From: Candidatus Cloacimonadales bacterium
GTDB lineage: Bacteria; Cloacimonadota; Cloacimonadia; Cloacimonadales; JAFGVF01
Assembly: GCA_963662585.1 (NCBI GenBank)
Contig: OY759729.1
Location: 736,001-800,000, forward strand
DNA: 64,000 nt
Direction: 5' to 3'
Shown: piece by piece, positions 49,488 through 59,818 of the stretch
Layout: each line of letters begins with the position of its first letter
How positions within the stretch are numbered: position 1 is the first letter of the stretch
Made by a program: the position numbers and the translations under genes
Notes under the pieces: model-generated
Database searches by the model: none
The model's input: the letters and a program-made list of their open reading frames with translations, nothing else
Told to the model about the DNA's origin: nothing

Positions 49488-50237
49488 TTATTTCACCACG
49501 GTATTACTCTGGAACCTATCACCAAGATATAATTCTCGAGCTTTAGGATTATTAATTAACTCTTCAGATGTGCCTGTAACCATTATTTGACCTTCAAAGG
49601 TAATATAGGCTCTATCTACTATTTTTAAGGTTTCAGTTACATTATGATCTGTTATCATAATACCGATATTCTTAGATTTCAATTTTAAAATAATATCCTG
49701 AATATCATTAATAGAAATTGGATCTACACCAGCAAAGGGTTCATCCATAAAAAGAAATGAAGGATTTGTTACTAAGGAACGAGTAATCTCAAGCTTTCGG
49801 CGTTCTCCACCTGAAAGAGTGTAGGCTTTTTGCTTAGCTACTTTTGTTAGATTAAGCTCATCTAAATACTCCTCCAACATCTTTTTTCTCTCACTCTTAG
49901 GAGAATCTACAGTCTCTAAAATTGCTAAAATATTCTCTTCAACTGTTAGTTTATGAAAGATTGAAGGTGCCTGAGCTAAATAGCCAATACCAAGTTGAGC
50001 CCTTTTATACATTGGCTTGTGGGTTATATCGGTATCATTGAATAGTATTTTACCCTTATTAGGCTTTGTTAAACCTAATATCATATAGAATGTAGTGGTT
50101 TTACCAGCACCATTAGGCCCTAATATACCCACAACCTCCCCTTGAGAAATACTTAAGCTCAAATCATTGACTACTCTTCGCTTACCGTATATCTTGACTA
50201 AATTTTTTGCTTCAATATGATTTTTTATTTTATCCAT
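49488..50237 (-). CDS. lptB: LPS export ABC transporter ATPase
   Basis: GPNGAGKTT, LSGGERRKLEI, DEPFAGVDP, ITDHNV; start moved to ATG 50237. Confidence 0.93.
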   Translation of the reverse strand: MDKIKNHIEAKNLVKIYGKRRVVNDLSLSISQGEVVGILGPNGAGKTTTFYMILGLTKPNKGKILFNDTDITHKPMYKRAQLGIGYLAQAPSIFHKLTVEENILAILETVDSPKSERKKMLEEYLDELNLTKVAKQKAYTLSGGERRKLEITRSLVTNPSFLFMDEPFAGVDPISINDIQDIILKLKSKNIGIMITDHNVTETLKIVDRAYITFEGQIMVTGTSEELINNPKARELYLGDRFQSNTVVK

Positions 50238-50475
50238 ATACATAAAATAAAGATATTTACGAAACTTGTCAAGGAATTTAAGCAATTTTTTTTCCAAAAA
50301 CAGAATTATATTTTTTTATTTTTTCATAACTCTAATTTACTTAGGGAAATAAGGTGATTTTAAGACCACAAATAAAAGCTTTTAAGCAGAATTATTAACA
50401 TTATAAGAAGCAAAAAAAAACATCCTCCTCGGTGAGGGGGACATAGGGAGTGATTTATCTGCATGCAATTAAGCT

Positions 50476-50514
50476 AAAAAAAAGTCCTTGGGAAGAACTA
50501 ACTCCCCAAGGACT
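50476..50514 (-). terminator. Intrinsic terminator of the 50528-50995 gene
   Basis: AGTCCTTGGG...CCCAAGGACT with 8-nt T tract on the minus strand. Confidence 0.8.
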
Positions 50515-50527
50515 AATTTTACCTTAT

Positions 50528-50995
50528 TTATCCTGCAATTGGATTAACAAAATTCTCATAACCTTCAACTTTCGGAAGATAACCTTTATTTACTGCATCA
50601 CTAACAGTAAGAATATTATCATAACTTCCTAAGTTAGTATCATCAATAGATAAGGCATCAAGATTAACTGGTAAATCCACATCTTTTGATGCAGCCCATA
50701 AAACCTTAGTAAATAATCCATAAACATTTCCAGCAAGTTGCTTTCTAAAAGCCTTCAATTTGTACATTTTCTTAGCATAAGCTCTTAAATCCTCTTTATA
50801 AGCATCAGATATTTCTGAATAAAAAACACTTATATTAGAAGCCTTTCTTCCTAAGTTTTCATTCTGTGCTGTTATCTCTCTATCTACTGCTACCATTCTA
50901 CCAACAACTACATTTCTATCTGCAAAATTTGCGTAGTTAAAATCATCTGCTGTGCCTGAGTAACTTTTAATTCCAAATCTGAATTTTACTTTCAT
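50528..50995 (-). CDS. Hypothetical 155-aa protein
   Basis: AGAGGA RBS, own terminator; no family recognised with confidence. Confidence 0.7.
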   Translation of the reverse strand: MKVKFRFGIKSYSGTADDFNYANFADRNVVVGRMVAVDREITAQNENLGRKASNISVFYSEISDAYKEDLRAYAKKMYKLKAFRKQLAGNVYGLFTKVLWAASKDVDLPVNLDALSIDDTNLGSYDNILTVSDAVNKGYLPKVEGYENFVNPIAG

Positions 50996-51195
50996 TTTTA
51001 ATTCCTCTTTTTTTTAGTTTTTTATTTTTTGCTTGCAAGCTTACATAAACCTATAGGTCCCACTTTTTCGCAAATTGGTCCAGTTTTTGAAAAAAAGTTT
51101 AAAAAAGTTAAAAATACTTTTCTTCAATCAAGTTAGAGGCATTAGCTAAACATAAATATAACAGATACTTATCAGCTGTTTAACTTTCTACAACA

Positions 51196-51865
51196 AAATC
51201 CCCTCCACGAAAGGACTGAGAGGGCCTTTCTTAAATCCCCCTCCGTGAGGGGGAAACAGGGAGTGTTTCCTATGGAATGGAAGCGTCCCTGCTTCCATTA
51301 ACTGGGGTTACGGACCTTTAGTCCGTGAATCTTAAACTCCCCGCTTTAGTGCTGAAGGCACGCTAAAAGAGGGGTGGCATCGAAGATGACGGGGTGTTTT
51401 TCTTATGGGAGTATGGCAATACGCCCCTACAAATCCCCTTCCGTGAGGGGGACACAGGGGGTGATTGACTTCTTATTGATATAGAATTTAATCTATTGGT
51501 ATCTGAATAATTGCATGGCTCTGTTTGTGATAATAGGTGGATCAATTGTATAATATTAGTGGCTCAACATAATGAGACTGGTTGGCTCTCTGGAGGATAT
51601 TATGCAGCAGTTTAATCTGCTACATTTTCAACACCCCACCTGCTGCGCAGGCACCCCTCTTCTCCAGAGGGGACTTAAATACCTCGCGTTCTAGACCTCT
51701 TAAACTCCCCGCTTTAGTGCTGAAAGCACGCTAAAAGAGGGGTGGCATCGAAGATGACGGGGTGTTTTTCTTATGGGCGTATGGCAATACGCCCCTACAA
51801 ATCCCCCTCCGTGAGGTGGACACAATGGGCCTTTCCTATGGAATGGAAGCGTCCCTGCTTCCATC
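51196..51865. repeat. Mosaic of REP-like palindromes with an internal about 120-bp direct repeat (51330 and 51698)
   Basis: 51302-51400 is an inverted copy of 17371-17470; GTAG REP ends at 51430 and 51798; TGGAAGCGTCCCTGCTTCCA twice. Confidence 0.85.
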
Positions 51866-51950
51866 AAGCAATAAATCCCCCATTTTAATAAAATCCTTTA
51901 CAAAATTTCCCCCTTTCATTATTATGCCAAAAAGTATGAAAGGAGCACTT

Positions 51951-52307
51951 ATGAAAGTACTAATCATTTTTAATAGAGAACCTTACGACAATACAGATGT
52001 TACTTGGAACGGACTCCGACTTGCCGAAACACTTCGTGCTAAAGGAGTAGAAGTAAGAATCTTCTTAATGAACGACTCCGTCGATATGGCCCGTGATGTC
52101 TGCAAACCTCCAGTAAATTATGATCAAGACCTCTCCCAATTATTAAAGGATCTTATCGCCAACAATGTTCCTGTAAAAGTTTGTGGAACCTGCATGGCCC
52201 GTTGTGGTATCTATAAAAATCATCCCTATTTTACCGGAGCAGAAAAATCTACCATGGGACAATTAGCTGACTGGGTCATCGACAGCGATAAAGTCATCAC
52301 TTTCTAA
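51951..52307 (+). CDS. DsrE/DsrF-like (YchN-type) protein
   Basis: EPY..WNGLRLA, IFLMNDSV, VCGTCMARCG, LADWVIDSDKVITF; real start ATG 51951 behind AAGGAG. Confidence 0.88.
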   Translation: MKVLIIFNREPYDNTDVTWNGLRLAETLRAKGVEVRIFLMNDSVDMARDVCKPPVNYDQDLSQLLKDLIANNVPVKVCGTCMARCGIYKNHPYFTGAEKSTMGQLADWVIDSDKVITF

Positions 52308-52334
52308 CCAACTGGAGATTAACTAGGAAAATCT

Positions 52335-52586
52335 ATGAACTACTATAACGAAAATGCTAAACTATATTTCGACTCCACTCTGACAGTTGATATGAGTAAA
52401 CTACAAAATTACTTCCTCTCCTACCTTCCAGAATCAGGTGAAATCCTCGATATTGGCTGTGGCTCAGGAAGAGACTCTATGCACTTTATGAAAAAAGGAT
52501 ATAAAGTCCTCCCCCTAGAACCAGCCAAAGAATTAGCGAAGCTAGCCAAGAATTATCTAAATATAGAAATATCTACTCTAACATAA
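52335..52586 (+). pseudogene. Truncated class I SAM-dependent methyltransferase
   Basis: ILDIGCGSGRDS motif I present but the frame stops at 83 aa, before the remaining Rossmann strands. Confidence 0.7.
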
Positions 52587-52642
52587 AAAATAACTATTCC
52601 ATTATCATTGATAATTCTTCACTACCAACAAAAAAATTCATT

Positions 52643-54085
52643 CTATTTTATAGTAATATTTGGCACTTCTGGATTATATTCTGGGTCTAAAAGGGCCATT
52701 TGCTCTTTCATAATTCTTCTCATATCCAAAGCTGGCTTAAGACAAAATATTTCAAATTCAGTACGATCAATCATATCTGCTGAAGTTACATGCGGAAACA
52801 GTAGCTTCAAAAAAGCTGTAGCGATTTTTACAATAGCATTTTTATCTCTTGTATCAGATTCTTTAGGTATTTCTAAAAGTTCCATAACAACGGACGAATA
52901 TATCACTTCATCTCTAAGCTTATGTAGAATTTCTGTAAAGTATTCAACATTAATAGTTTGACCATTTAAATGCATTGACTCATTTATTCTAATTAACTTC
53001 CATCCTTCAATAAACCCATGAAATCTGTCCAAAAGTGCAGTTTCTTGAAACAATTTTGGTAGATCACTAAAATAAGATTTATTCATTGGTTTTTTTTCTT
53101 TAGATAGCTTAATATTACCAAGGAGAATTAATCCACAACTGGATGAATTTGTAAAGTTTGAAAATGATATTTTACCTGATTCAAGATAACCTTTCAAAGC
53201 TCCAGCCATCTCATTTTCATCGCCAAATTTTATTGTTTTTATTTCATCAAAAGCTATAAAATCCTTTGAGAATATTATACCTTGTGATTTCCTGTTCATA
53301 TCATAGAACAGTTTTGCTCGCGTAATTTTCCCTCCACTATAAAGCCAACCAAACTTTGATAAATTGCTAAAAACATATGACTTACCAGTTCCTTTCGGAG
53401 CTAGCTCAATAATATTTAAATTTGACTGTACGAATATCAAAAGCCTTGAAATAAACCTGATTTTCCTTTCAATAGAATTAAATCCCATTTCGCTTGAATT
53501 ATGAGGATTATATTCCATGGCTCGAATTAAAACATCTAACCATTCTTCTATTGAGAACTCTCTCCGATAATCTTTAAAAAACTCTAAATCAACCCTATAT
53601 GGTTGAAAAGCAGTAAAATCAATTAATTCAATATAGCCATTATTTTGATTATCAATAGGTTTTTGGTAAGTCAAAGTAATTATACCCCATTGCTCACCTT
53701 GGTTTAGATATTGAAATTTCTTTGCTACATAATCTGGGATTCTACCTTCGTTCATCTTTATACCCACATCTGGTACTGAAAATTTATTAATATCCTTTGT
53801 TAAATCGAGCTCTATTTCAAATCTACATAACAATTTAACCTGTTCGTTATCAATTTTCAATCTTCTCTTTACATTATTATTAACTGGTACAATATGTTTA
53901 TTCATGAATGCTGATAAAGAATCCACATCGATTGTTCCATTAGCTAGGGTGAATCGTTTTATCAACCAGTCTTTAATAAATGAAGGCAATACAATATTAC
54001 CAAATATCTGATTATTTTCAGGTGACTTGGTTAAGCTTAAATCACCAAAAACATCAAATATCTTGATATTTAGTTTATCTAAAAT
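52643..54085 (-). CDS. brxL: BrxL-type MCM-like AAA+ ATPase, short form without Lon protease domain
   Basis: EEWLDVLIRAM, ELAPKGTGKSY, FDEI, LKGYLESG, ALLDRFHGFIEGW; frame is open 32 codons upstream of track start 53989, to an ATT behind GAGGAGG. Confidence 0.85.
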   Translation of the reverse strand: MLDKLNIKIFDVFGDLSLTKSPENNQIFGNIVLPSFIKDWLIKRFTLANGTIDVDSLSAFMNKHIVPVNNNVKRRLKIDNEQVKLLCRFEIELDLTKDINKFSVPDVGIKMNEGRIPDYVAKKFQYLNQGEQWGIITLTYQKPIDNQNNGYIELIDFTAFQPYRVDLEFFKDYRREFSIEEWLDVLIRAMEYNPHNSSEMGFNSIERKIRFISRLLIFVQSNLNIIELAPKGTGKSYVFSNLSKFGWLYSGGKITRAKLFYDMNRKSQGIIFSKDFIAFDEIKTIKFGDENEMAGALKGYLESGKISFSNFTNSSSCGLILLGNIKLSKEKKPMNKSYFSDLPKLFQETALLDRFHGFIEGWKLIRINESMHLNGQTINVEYFTEILHKLRDEVIYSSVVMELLEIPKESDTRDKNAIVKIATAFLKLLFPHVTSADMIDRTEFEIFCLKPALDMRRIMKEQMALLDPEYNPEVPNITIK

Positions 54086-56382
54086 AATTCCTCCTCAACA
54101 ATTGCACCTATTTTATTAAATGCTTTTTTATATATTGAACCATCAATACTTATTGAAATTTCTAAGTTGCCACAAGGAAGGCCTGACAGATTTATTTTAA
54201 ATACATCATTTGATTCTATCACTTCAATATTAGCCTTATTTATAGAGCAAATAGGTTTTGATATCGGTTTAGGAAGAATTTTCAAAATAACCAAATTTTC
54301 ATTTCCCTCAATATTTACAATTGATATACTCCTAGATATGGTATTGCTCTTTCTTTCAAATTTTACGAATGGGACAAGTACTTCTTCCGGAGTAGCACCT
54401 CCATGAACTTCTCTACGAGGTAGATTATTTAAACTATTATGATTTAATGCAATACAATAACCATTTTTATATATGTAATCTGAATTTTCTTCAGATTGAC
54501 AAGCAACTCTTGCACAACGCCCCTCATGATCAGCATCTGGGAATTTTTTTGATCCTATTCTACCATAACGATGCAAGCATTGATTACTAATACCATGATC
54601 ACCAGTTAAATAAATAATAGTATCTTCGGCTAACAAGATTTTTTTTATGTTATTTTTTACTATCTCTATTTGATCTAGTAATGAATCATATGCCTTATAT
54701 GATGGGATTTTATGAATATATTCATCTATTGAACCTTCTCTAATGAATTCACTTCCCTCAACTTTGTTAACGGCTGTAACAGTTGGCAAATTTGCTTTTC
54801 TAATACAAACATCAGTTATCAAAAATTCAGTATCTAAAGTGTTAACATAATTAATAATAAAAGGTAACCATTCAACCCCCAATCCATCGATTTGGAATAA
54901 TCTTCCAAGTTCAGGCTTGTTTATTGAATCAAAATTGACATACCAACTATAGAATAATCCAGGATTAGAATTTAATTTTGAAAAAATGCCGTCAGTGTCT
55001 ATTAATGCTGTATTTCTAGCTTTGGCTAAATTATAAGCTCTCATGTATTGGTATAAATTTTCATTATTAAACCAACATTCTAAAACAATATCATAATTAA
55101 GATAGCTAGCTATATCTGGTAGCTCAATTGATATGTTTTTTTGATACTGGTTTTCATCCATATCATTAATTAATCTTAGAAGTAACTGTTTTTCAATCTT
55201 AGTTCTATTACTTAAAAGCATAATTTCAGGTTTTATATCCCACCCCCTAAGCTTATCGAAAAATTCACAAGCAATTGTATTTATTACAACATTGTCAGTT
55301 TTAGAGATAAGTTCGATTAGGCCCCGTCTTTCTTCAAGATAGATATTATAGTAAGGATCATTGTTGCTAACTTCAATAATAAAATTATATATTACCCTGT
55401 AAAAATCTATATTTTTATATTGATTTATTGAGGACTCAATTATAGATAAGTAGCTATAAGGATAAATTTTGATATAATATCCAAATATTAACCATTTGTC
55501 AAATTCTAGCTCCGTTTTTAACATCATTGTAAAAATCTCTTTCTTTTCACATGTTAGTGTGTTGATATTCAAACGATTACATATTAGAGCATCTAATGTT
55601 AAAGCTTTAGGGTTTTCAAATTGTTCTAGAGTAGTTAATAATTCTTTCCAGAGGTATTCGTTTGTACCAATATAACAAATTGGAAAATGAAAATCATAAA
55701 CTATAGCCAAAATATCTTTGATTGAATTTATACAACCAACTTCAAAGCATTCATCTGGTAAAAATTGATCCCATCGTTTATTCAATGAATTACAAACACT
55801 AATAATTGGTTCATTATTTTTTGCTTTCCAAAAAGAAAGCCACTGCTCAGTATTTCTAATTGTAAATAAACTTGAAGATATTTCACTTGAAGATTTGAAT
55901 ACTTTAATAGGGTTAACATTTCTTCGATAATATTTCCAAATTTTCGCTCCTTCGTTTTCTCTGTAAAAGCTATCCCAATAGTTTAAAGATAATTTGCTAT
56001 GAAAGCTAACTAAAGGTATGTAAATTCTATAGTTAAGATCATTAGAAACATCTTCAAAGTTAAGTATTGTATTCATAGCACTTTTCAATTCAGAAGGTTG
56101 TAAAAAACGGAATACTTCAGAAATTGGATAGATAATACTTGTGTATGTTACACCATATACAATTTTTATGATATTATCTGTAGTAAACCAATATTTATCT
56201 GTAATTTGTATTTCACTAAGATCTATTCTTTGTACATTTAATACATTTAACAAATGTAACAAATCATCAAACGAATTCAGTAAAATTATTCTAACTGGAA
56301 ATCTTCTCACATAGCTGCTAGTTAAATTGGAATCTTGGGAAATTTCCTCAAGCAATTTATCCAAATCATCAAACTGTTTCAT
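54079..56382 (-). CDS. pglZ: BREX type-4 PglZ alkaline-phosphatase-fold protein
   Basis: IDGLGVEWL, LPTVTAVNK, TGDHG, VHGGATPEEVLVP. Confidence 0.9.
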   Translation of the reverse strand: MKQFDDLDKLLEEISQDSNLTSSYVRRFPVRIILLNSFDDLLHLLNVLNVQRIDLSEIQITDKYWFTTDNIIKIVYGVTYTSIIYPISEVFRFLQPSELKSAMNTILNFEDVSNDLNYRIYIPLVSFHSKLSLNYWDSFYRENEGAKIWKYYRRNVNPIKVFKSSSEISSSLFTIRNTEQWLSFWKAKNNEPIISVCNSLNKRWDQFLPDECFEVGCINSIKDILAIVYDFHFPICYIGTNEYLWKELLTTLEQFENPKALTLDALICNRLNINTLTCEKKEIFTMMLKTELEFDKWLIFGYYIKIYPYSYLSIIESSINQYKNIDFYRVIYNFIIEVSNNDPYYNIYLEERRGLIELISKTDNVVINTIACEFFDKLRGWDIKPEIMLLSNRTKIEKQLLLRLINDMDENQYQKNISIELPDIASYLNYDIVLECWFNNENLYQYMRAYNLAKARNTALIDTDGIFSKLNSNPGLFYSWYVNFDSINKPELGRLFQIDGLGVEWLPFIINYVNTLDTEFLITDVCIRKANLPTVTAVNKVEGSEFIREGSIDEYIHKIPSYKAYDSLLDQIEIVKNNIKKILLAEDTIIYLTGDHGISNQCLHRYGRIGSKKFPDADHEGRCARVACQSEENSDYIYKNGYCIALNHNSLNNLPRREVHGGATPEEVLVPFVKFERKSNTISRSISIVNIEGNENLVILKILPKPISKPICSINKANIEVIESNDVFKINLSGLPCGNLEISISIDGSIYKKAFNKIGAIVEEELF

Positions 56383-56383
56383 A

Positions 56384-59300
56384 TTAAATCTCTTCTTTAA
56401 GAATATCTAATAGAATAAATTTAATATCTGGCTGTCTCTTAATTAATGTTATAAAAACATTCTGAGTTTTCTGAGGAAACTTTCGAATCAATTCTTCAAG
56501 GTGATCAATTTGCTGTTCACCAAGTTTTTTGTTTGGATTTTCTATGTTGCCTGATACTTGGTTAGTATGATCATCTTTGGGTTTATTACTACTTTTACTT
56601 AATTTTAAGACATAATCTATTTCCCACTTTGTTAAAAGTTCTTTAGCTTTTTCAATTTCCATAAAAACTCTATCACCTTGAGAAGATCGTTCTAAATTGT
56701 CCATAATTTCGTAAATGATGTCATCAGAGTAACTGTTTCGTAGGTTTTTTACAATAAATTCTTTATAATAATTTCCAATTATTGTCTGATCTACATTATG
56801 AAATAGTTCTTTCATTGCTTCTTTTTGTTCAACAAGTTCTTCATAAATAGCTTTCATATCAGGAGGTTTAATAGGTTCCAATTGTAAATCTGATAGTAAA
56901 ATCTTGCATTGTAGAATTTCAAGAATATCAAGAACATCCTCATCAATATCATCAATATTATTATAAATCCAAAGTGGATAATTATGATTTTCTTTAAACC
57001 AGTTTAATAACTGGTGTTTGGTTTGTTGTAGACTATCTGTTTCAATTAGATTAAAAATTTCGTTTATTTCATTTTTTAATTTATCCTCTTCATCACTTCC
57101 AAGTCGGAAATTCAAGGTGTCTTTATTCCTTTTATTGGAATCACAATGATACTTAAAAGCTTTTATTATGAGATCTGCTAGATTTTGTACAGAACACTTT
57201 AGGCCACTGTCATCGAGATAAATTTTTCCTACATAAGGTTGGAAGCAATAGCCTATAGCTGCAAAGAAAACCATCGAATTATAAACACCAAATGGTGGTT
57301 TAAACAAAAAACTAAGGATGTCAGCAAAATTAAGAATTTTCCCTTTGACTAAGCGTGACTGTAAGTTTTCTTTAATTATATAAAGTGGATGAGAGGGAAA
57401 AGGTCGCAGAAACTTCATGTTATCTTTTACAATTCTAGTACCATCTTCAGTTTCTAAGATATTTTTTGTTGGTGCATCTTGGCCATCAACATTATTATTC
57501 AATTCACTTAAGGAGGAGCTTGTAAGATAATGTAATAATAATTTGGAAGAAGTTCTCCTTTTCCAAATATTTGCAATACCTAGTTTATCTGGCATTAGAT
57601 CAAAACTTTTAAAGAAGATTTTTTTCGAGATATCCTTGTCTAGAACTTTATCAAAAGTGTTAAAAGTAGATTTATCAATAACAAAACTATCAGACTCATC
57701 AAATAAAAACCATGTTACTTGAGCATCTGCTTTATAATTAACTATTAATTTATTAACATATTCTTCAACCTGGATTGAATAGTTTAATTCTTCTTGTATT
57801 GCTTTTGTTTTTTGAGCAACTTCTTGCTTTGCCTTTAAATCTATAAATTTGGTAATATCTTTAGAATCGAACAACTCTTTTTCAATAACACCAAAAACAA
57901 TAGTTTTAATATCATTAATTCTTGAATCGTTACTAAAAGATCTTATTGTATTTATGAATTTTTCACAGTGATTTAAATTATTTGTAATAGCAAGTACTAA
58001 TTTAAAAGTAAATTTAGGTTCCTTATTCAATATTTTAACTTTTTGTAAAATCTCTGTCACTGATGCGTTGGAGTCGATTAGTTGAATTTTGCAGGTCTCT
58101 TTCCTTCGAAAGATAGTACTTTCAAGTATTAAATTGTATATTGATTTCTCTTGCTCTGCAGAAATCATATCTAATGCTGTATTATATTTTTTAATTAAGA
58201 TGTCTTTTTGCTGATTTATTTTTTGACTGTCTAACACTGATGATTCTACTAAATACCTCCCTTCATAATCCTTAGGTATTATTTCTTTTTCATTAATGAA
58301 CTCGAAAAAATTATCAATTTCTTTTTCTAAATTAGACCCCATGAACATCAATCTTAAATTTTCTTTGGTTGGTATAATTTTTTTTAGATGGTCATTTACT
58401 GTATTTAACAAGCGATGGGCAATATTTAATAACATTAATCCTTGCAAGAGATTTACATAATTTCTCTTTTTACTTTTAACAGCATTAAGCGAATGTGTGT
58501 ATTTCTGTAATATATTTTTTACTTGTTCCTGATCACTAGACTCGAAATCTTCTTGGAAGAACCTAAATATATAATCTGAAGTACATAGCATTTCCCTCTC
58601 ATCAGTACTATTTTCTATGAAAAATTTAAATCCATTTTGGGAATCATATAAAAATTTGAAGATACTCCTTTCAGTAGATCCAATCTGTCTAGCAATATAA
58701 TTCGCTATATAAGCAGTATAAGGATGTAGGGGGAACATATTAAAGAGCTGTTTGCTATATTCGCTACCGATTTCATTTATTACAATTCGTAAAGGATCCT
58801 CATACTTTTTAAACTTCTCTTCCCATAGTTTTTTATCGCTTATTTTAATTGCGTTTTCTAATAAATGAAAGGTTGTTAATTCCATCATTTCAAAATGAAT
58901 TTTCTTAAAACGATCTTCCATTTTTCTTATGCTATTTCTTTCATCCATACTTTTTGAGATGTTTGATGTTTGGTGAGAGATCAACATAAGATACACATCT
59001 TTAGTTTGTGATAATTCAGCTAAGTTCTGAATTTGATTGATTATTGTTTCATTATGGAGGTTCATTACCGATGTAAATTCATCCCAAAATATTACAATTT
59101 TATCAGATATTTCTTTTTCTTTTAATTCTAACACTATTTCGGATAACCATTCAGTAATTGAAGGCACCGCCCAAGTAGTTCTTTCTTTTTCTAGCTCTTT
59201 TTTTAAATTTGCTATCAATGATTTATCGTAATTCCTTAATTTCTGTACAAGCTCAGGTTTAGAGACGATACCTTGTTCAATCAAACAATCCCATTCTTTC

Positions 59301-59818
59301 AATCGTAAATTCCAGGTATTAGATTTATCTTGTTCAATTCTCTGTGCAAAATTTTCAAATTCATCTTTAGTACTAATCTCTATATTAAGTAATTTCAATG
59401 ATTTTGAGACTGCTGTCTGGATCTCCATGTTAAAAGAAAATGAATTATGAACATTTGATACTCCTTTTAGAACTATTGGGAAAATTGGCAAATTGTGACT
59501 ATACTTTTCTATTGTGCTTTTTAATTCTGTACTTCTTATAGAATCATCAACATAGCCTTGAATTTCACTCCAATTTGATAATAATATTTTTTTTATTACT
59601 CCTGCAGCATGGCTTTTACCTGTTCCATAAGTACCATGTAGCCATATTGAATTTTTATCTTTACTTTGATTACTATACAAGCTACTGTAAACATCGAGTA
59701 ATAGATTCTCAAACTGATCATTGGATATGTACTGTCTCCAATATTCACTGTTTTCATGTGCTAAATCATATATTGGTTTAAAATTTTTATTTAAGTAAAC
59801 AAAATCACTTACTAACAT
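56384..59818 (-). CDS. brxC: Large P-loop ATPase, BrxC/SspC-like
   Basis: GTYGTGKSH Walker A, IFWDEF Walker B, FPLHPYT, STERSIFKFL; lies between brxP and pglZ. Confidence 0.82.
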   Translation of the reverse strand: MLVSDFVYLNKNFKPIYDLAHENSEYWRQYISNDQFENLLLDVYSSLYSNQSKDKNSIWLHGTYGTGKSHAAGVIKKILLSNWSEIQGYVDDSIRSTELKSTIEKYSHNLPIFPIVLKGVSNVHNSFSFNMEIQTAVSKSLKLLNIEISTKDEFENFAQRIEQDKSNTWNLRLKEWDCLIEQGIVSKPELVQKLRNYDKSLIANLKKELEKERTTWAVPSITEWLSEIVLELKEKEISDKIVIFWDEFTSVMNLHNETIINQIQNLAELSQTKDVYLMLISHQTSNISKSMDERNSIRKMEDRFKKIHFEMMELTTFHLLENAIKISDKKLWEEKFKKYEDPLRIVINEIGSEYSKQLFNMFPLHPYTAYIANYIARQIGSTERSIFKFLYDSQNGFKFFIENSTDEREMLCTSDYIFRFFQEDFESSDQEQVKNILQKYTHSLNAVKSKKRNYVNLLQGLMLLNIAHRLLNTVNDHLKKIIPTKENLRLMFMGSNLEKEIDNFFEFINEKEIIPKDYEGRYLVESSVLDSQKINQQKDILIKKYNTALDMISAEQEKSIYNLILESTIFRRKETCKIQLIDSNASVTEILQKVKILNKEPKFTFKLVLAITNNLNHCEKFINTIRSFSNDSRINDIKTIVFGVIEKELFDSKDITKFIDLKAKQEVAQKTKAIQEELNYSIQVEEYVNKLIVNYKADAQVTWFLFDESDSFVIDKSTFNTFDKVLDKDISKKIFFKSFDLMPDKLGIANIWKRRTSSKLLLHYLTSSSLSELNNNVDGQDAPTKNILETEDGTRIVKDNMKFLRPFPSHPLYIIKENLQSRLVKGKILNFADILSFLFKPPFGVYNSMVFFAAIGYCFQPYVGKIYLDDSGLKCSVQNLADLIIKAFKYHCDSNKRNKDTLNFRLGSDEEDKLKNEINEIFNLIETDSLQQTKHQLLNWFKENHNYPLWIYNNIDDIDEDVLDILEILQCKILLSDLQLEPIKPPDMKAIYEELVEQKEAMKELFHNVDQTIIGNYYKEFIVKNLRNSYSDDIIYEIMDNLERSSQGDRVFMEIEKAKELLTKWEIDYVLKLSKSSNKPKDDHTNQVSGNIENPNKKLGEQQIDHLEELIRKFPQKTQNVFITLIKRQPDIKFILLDILKEEI

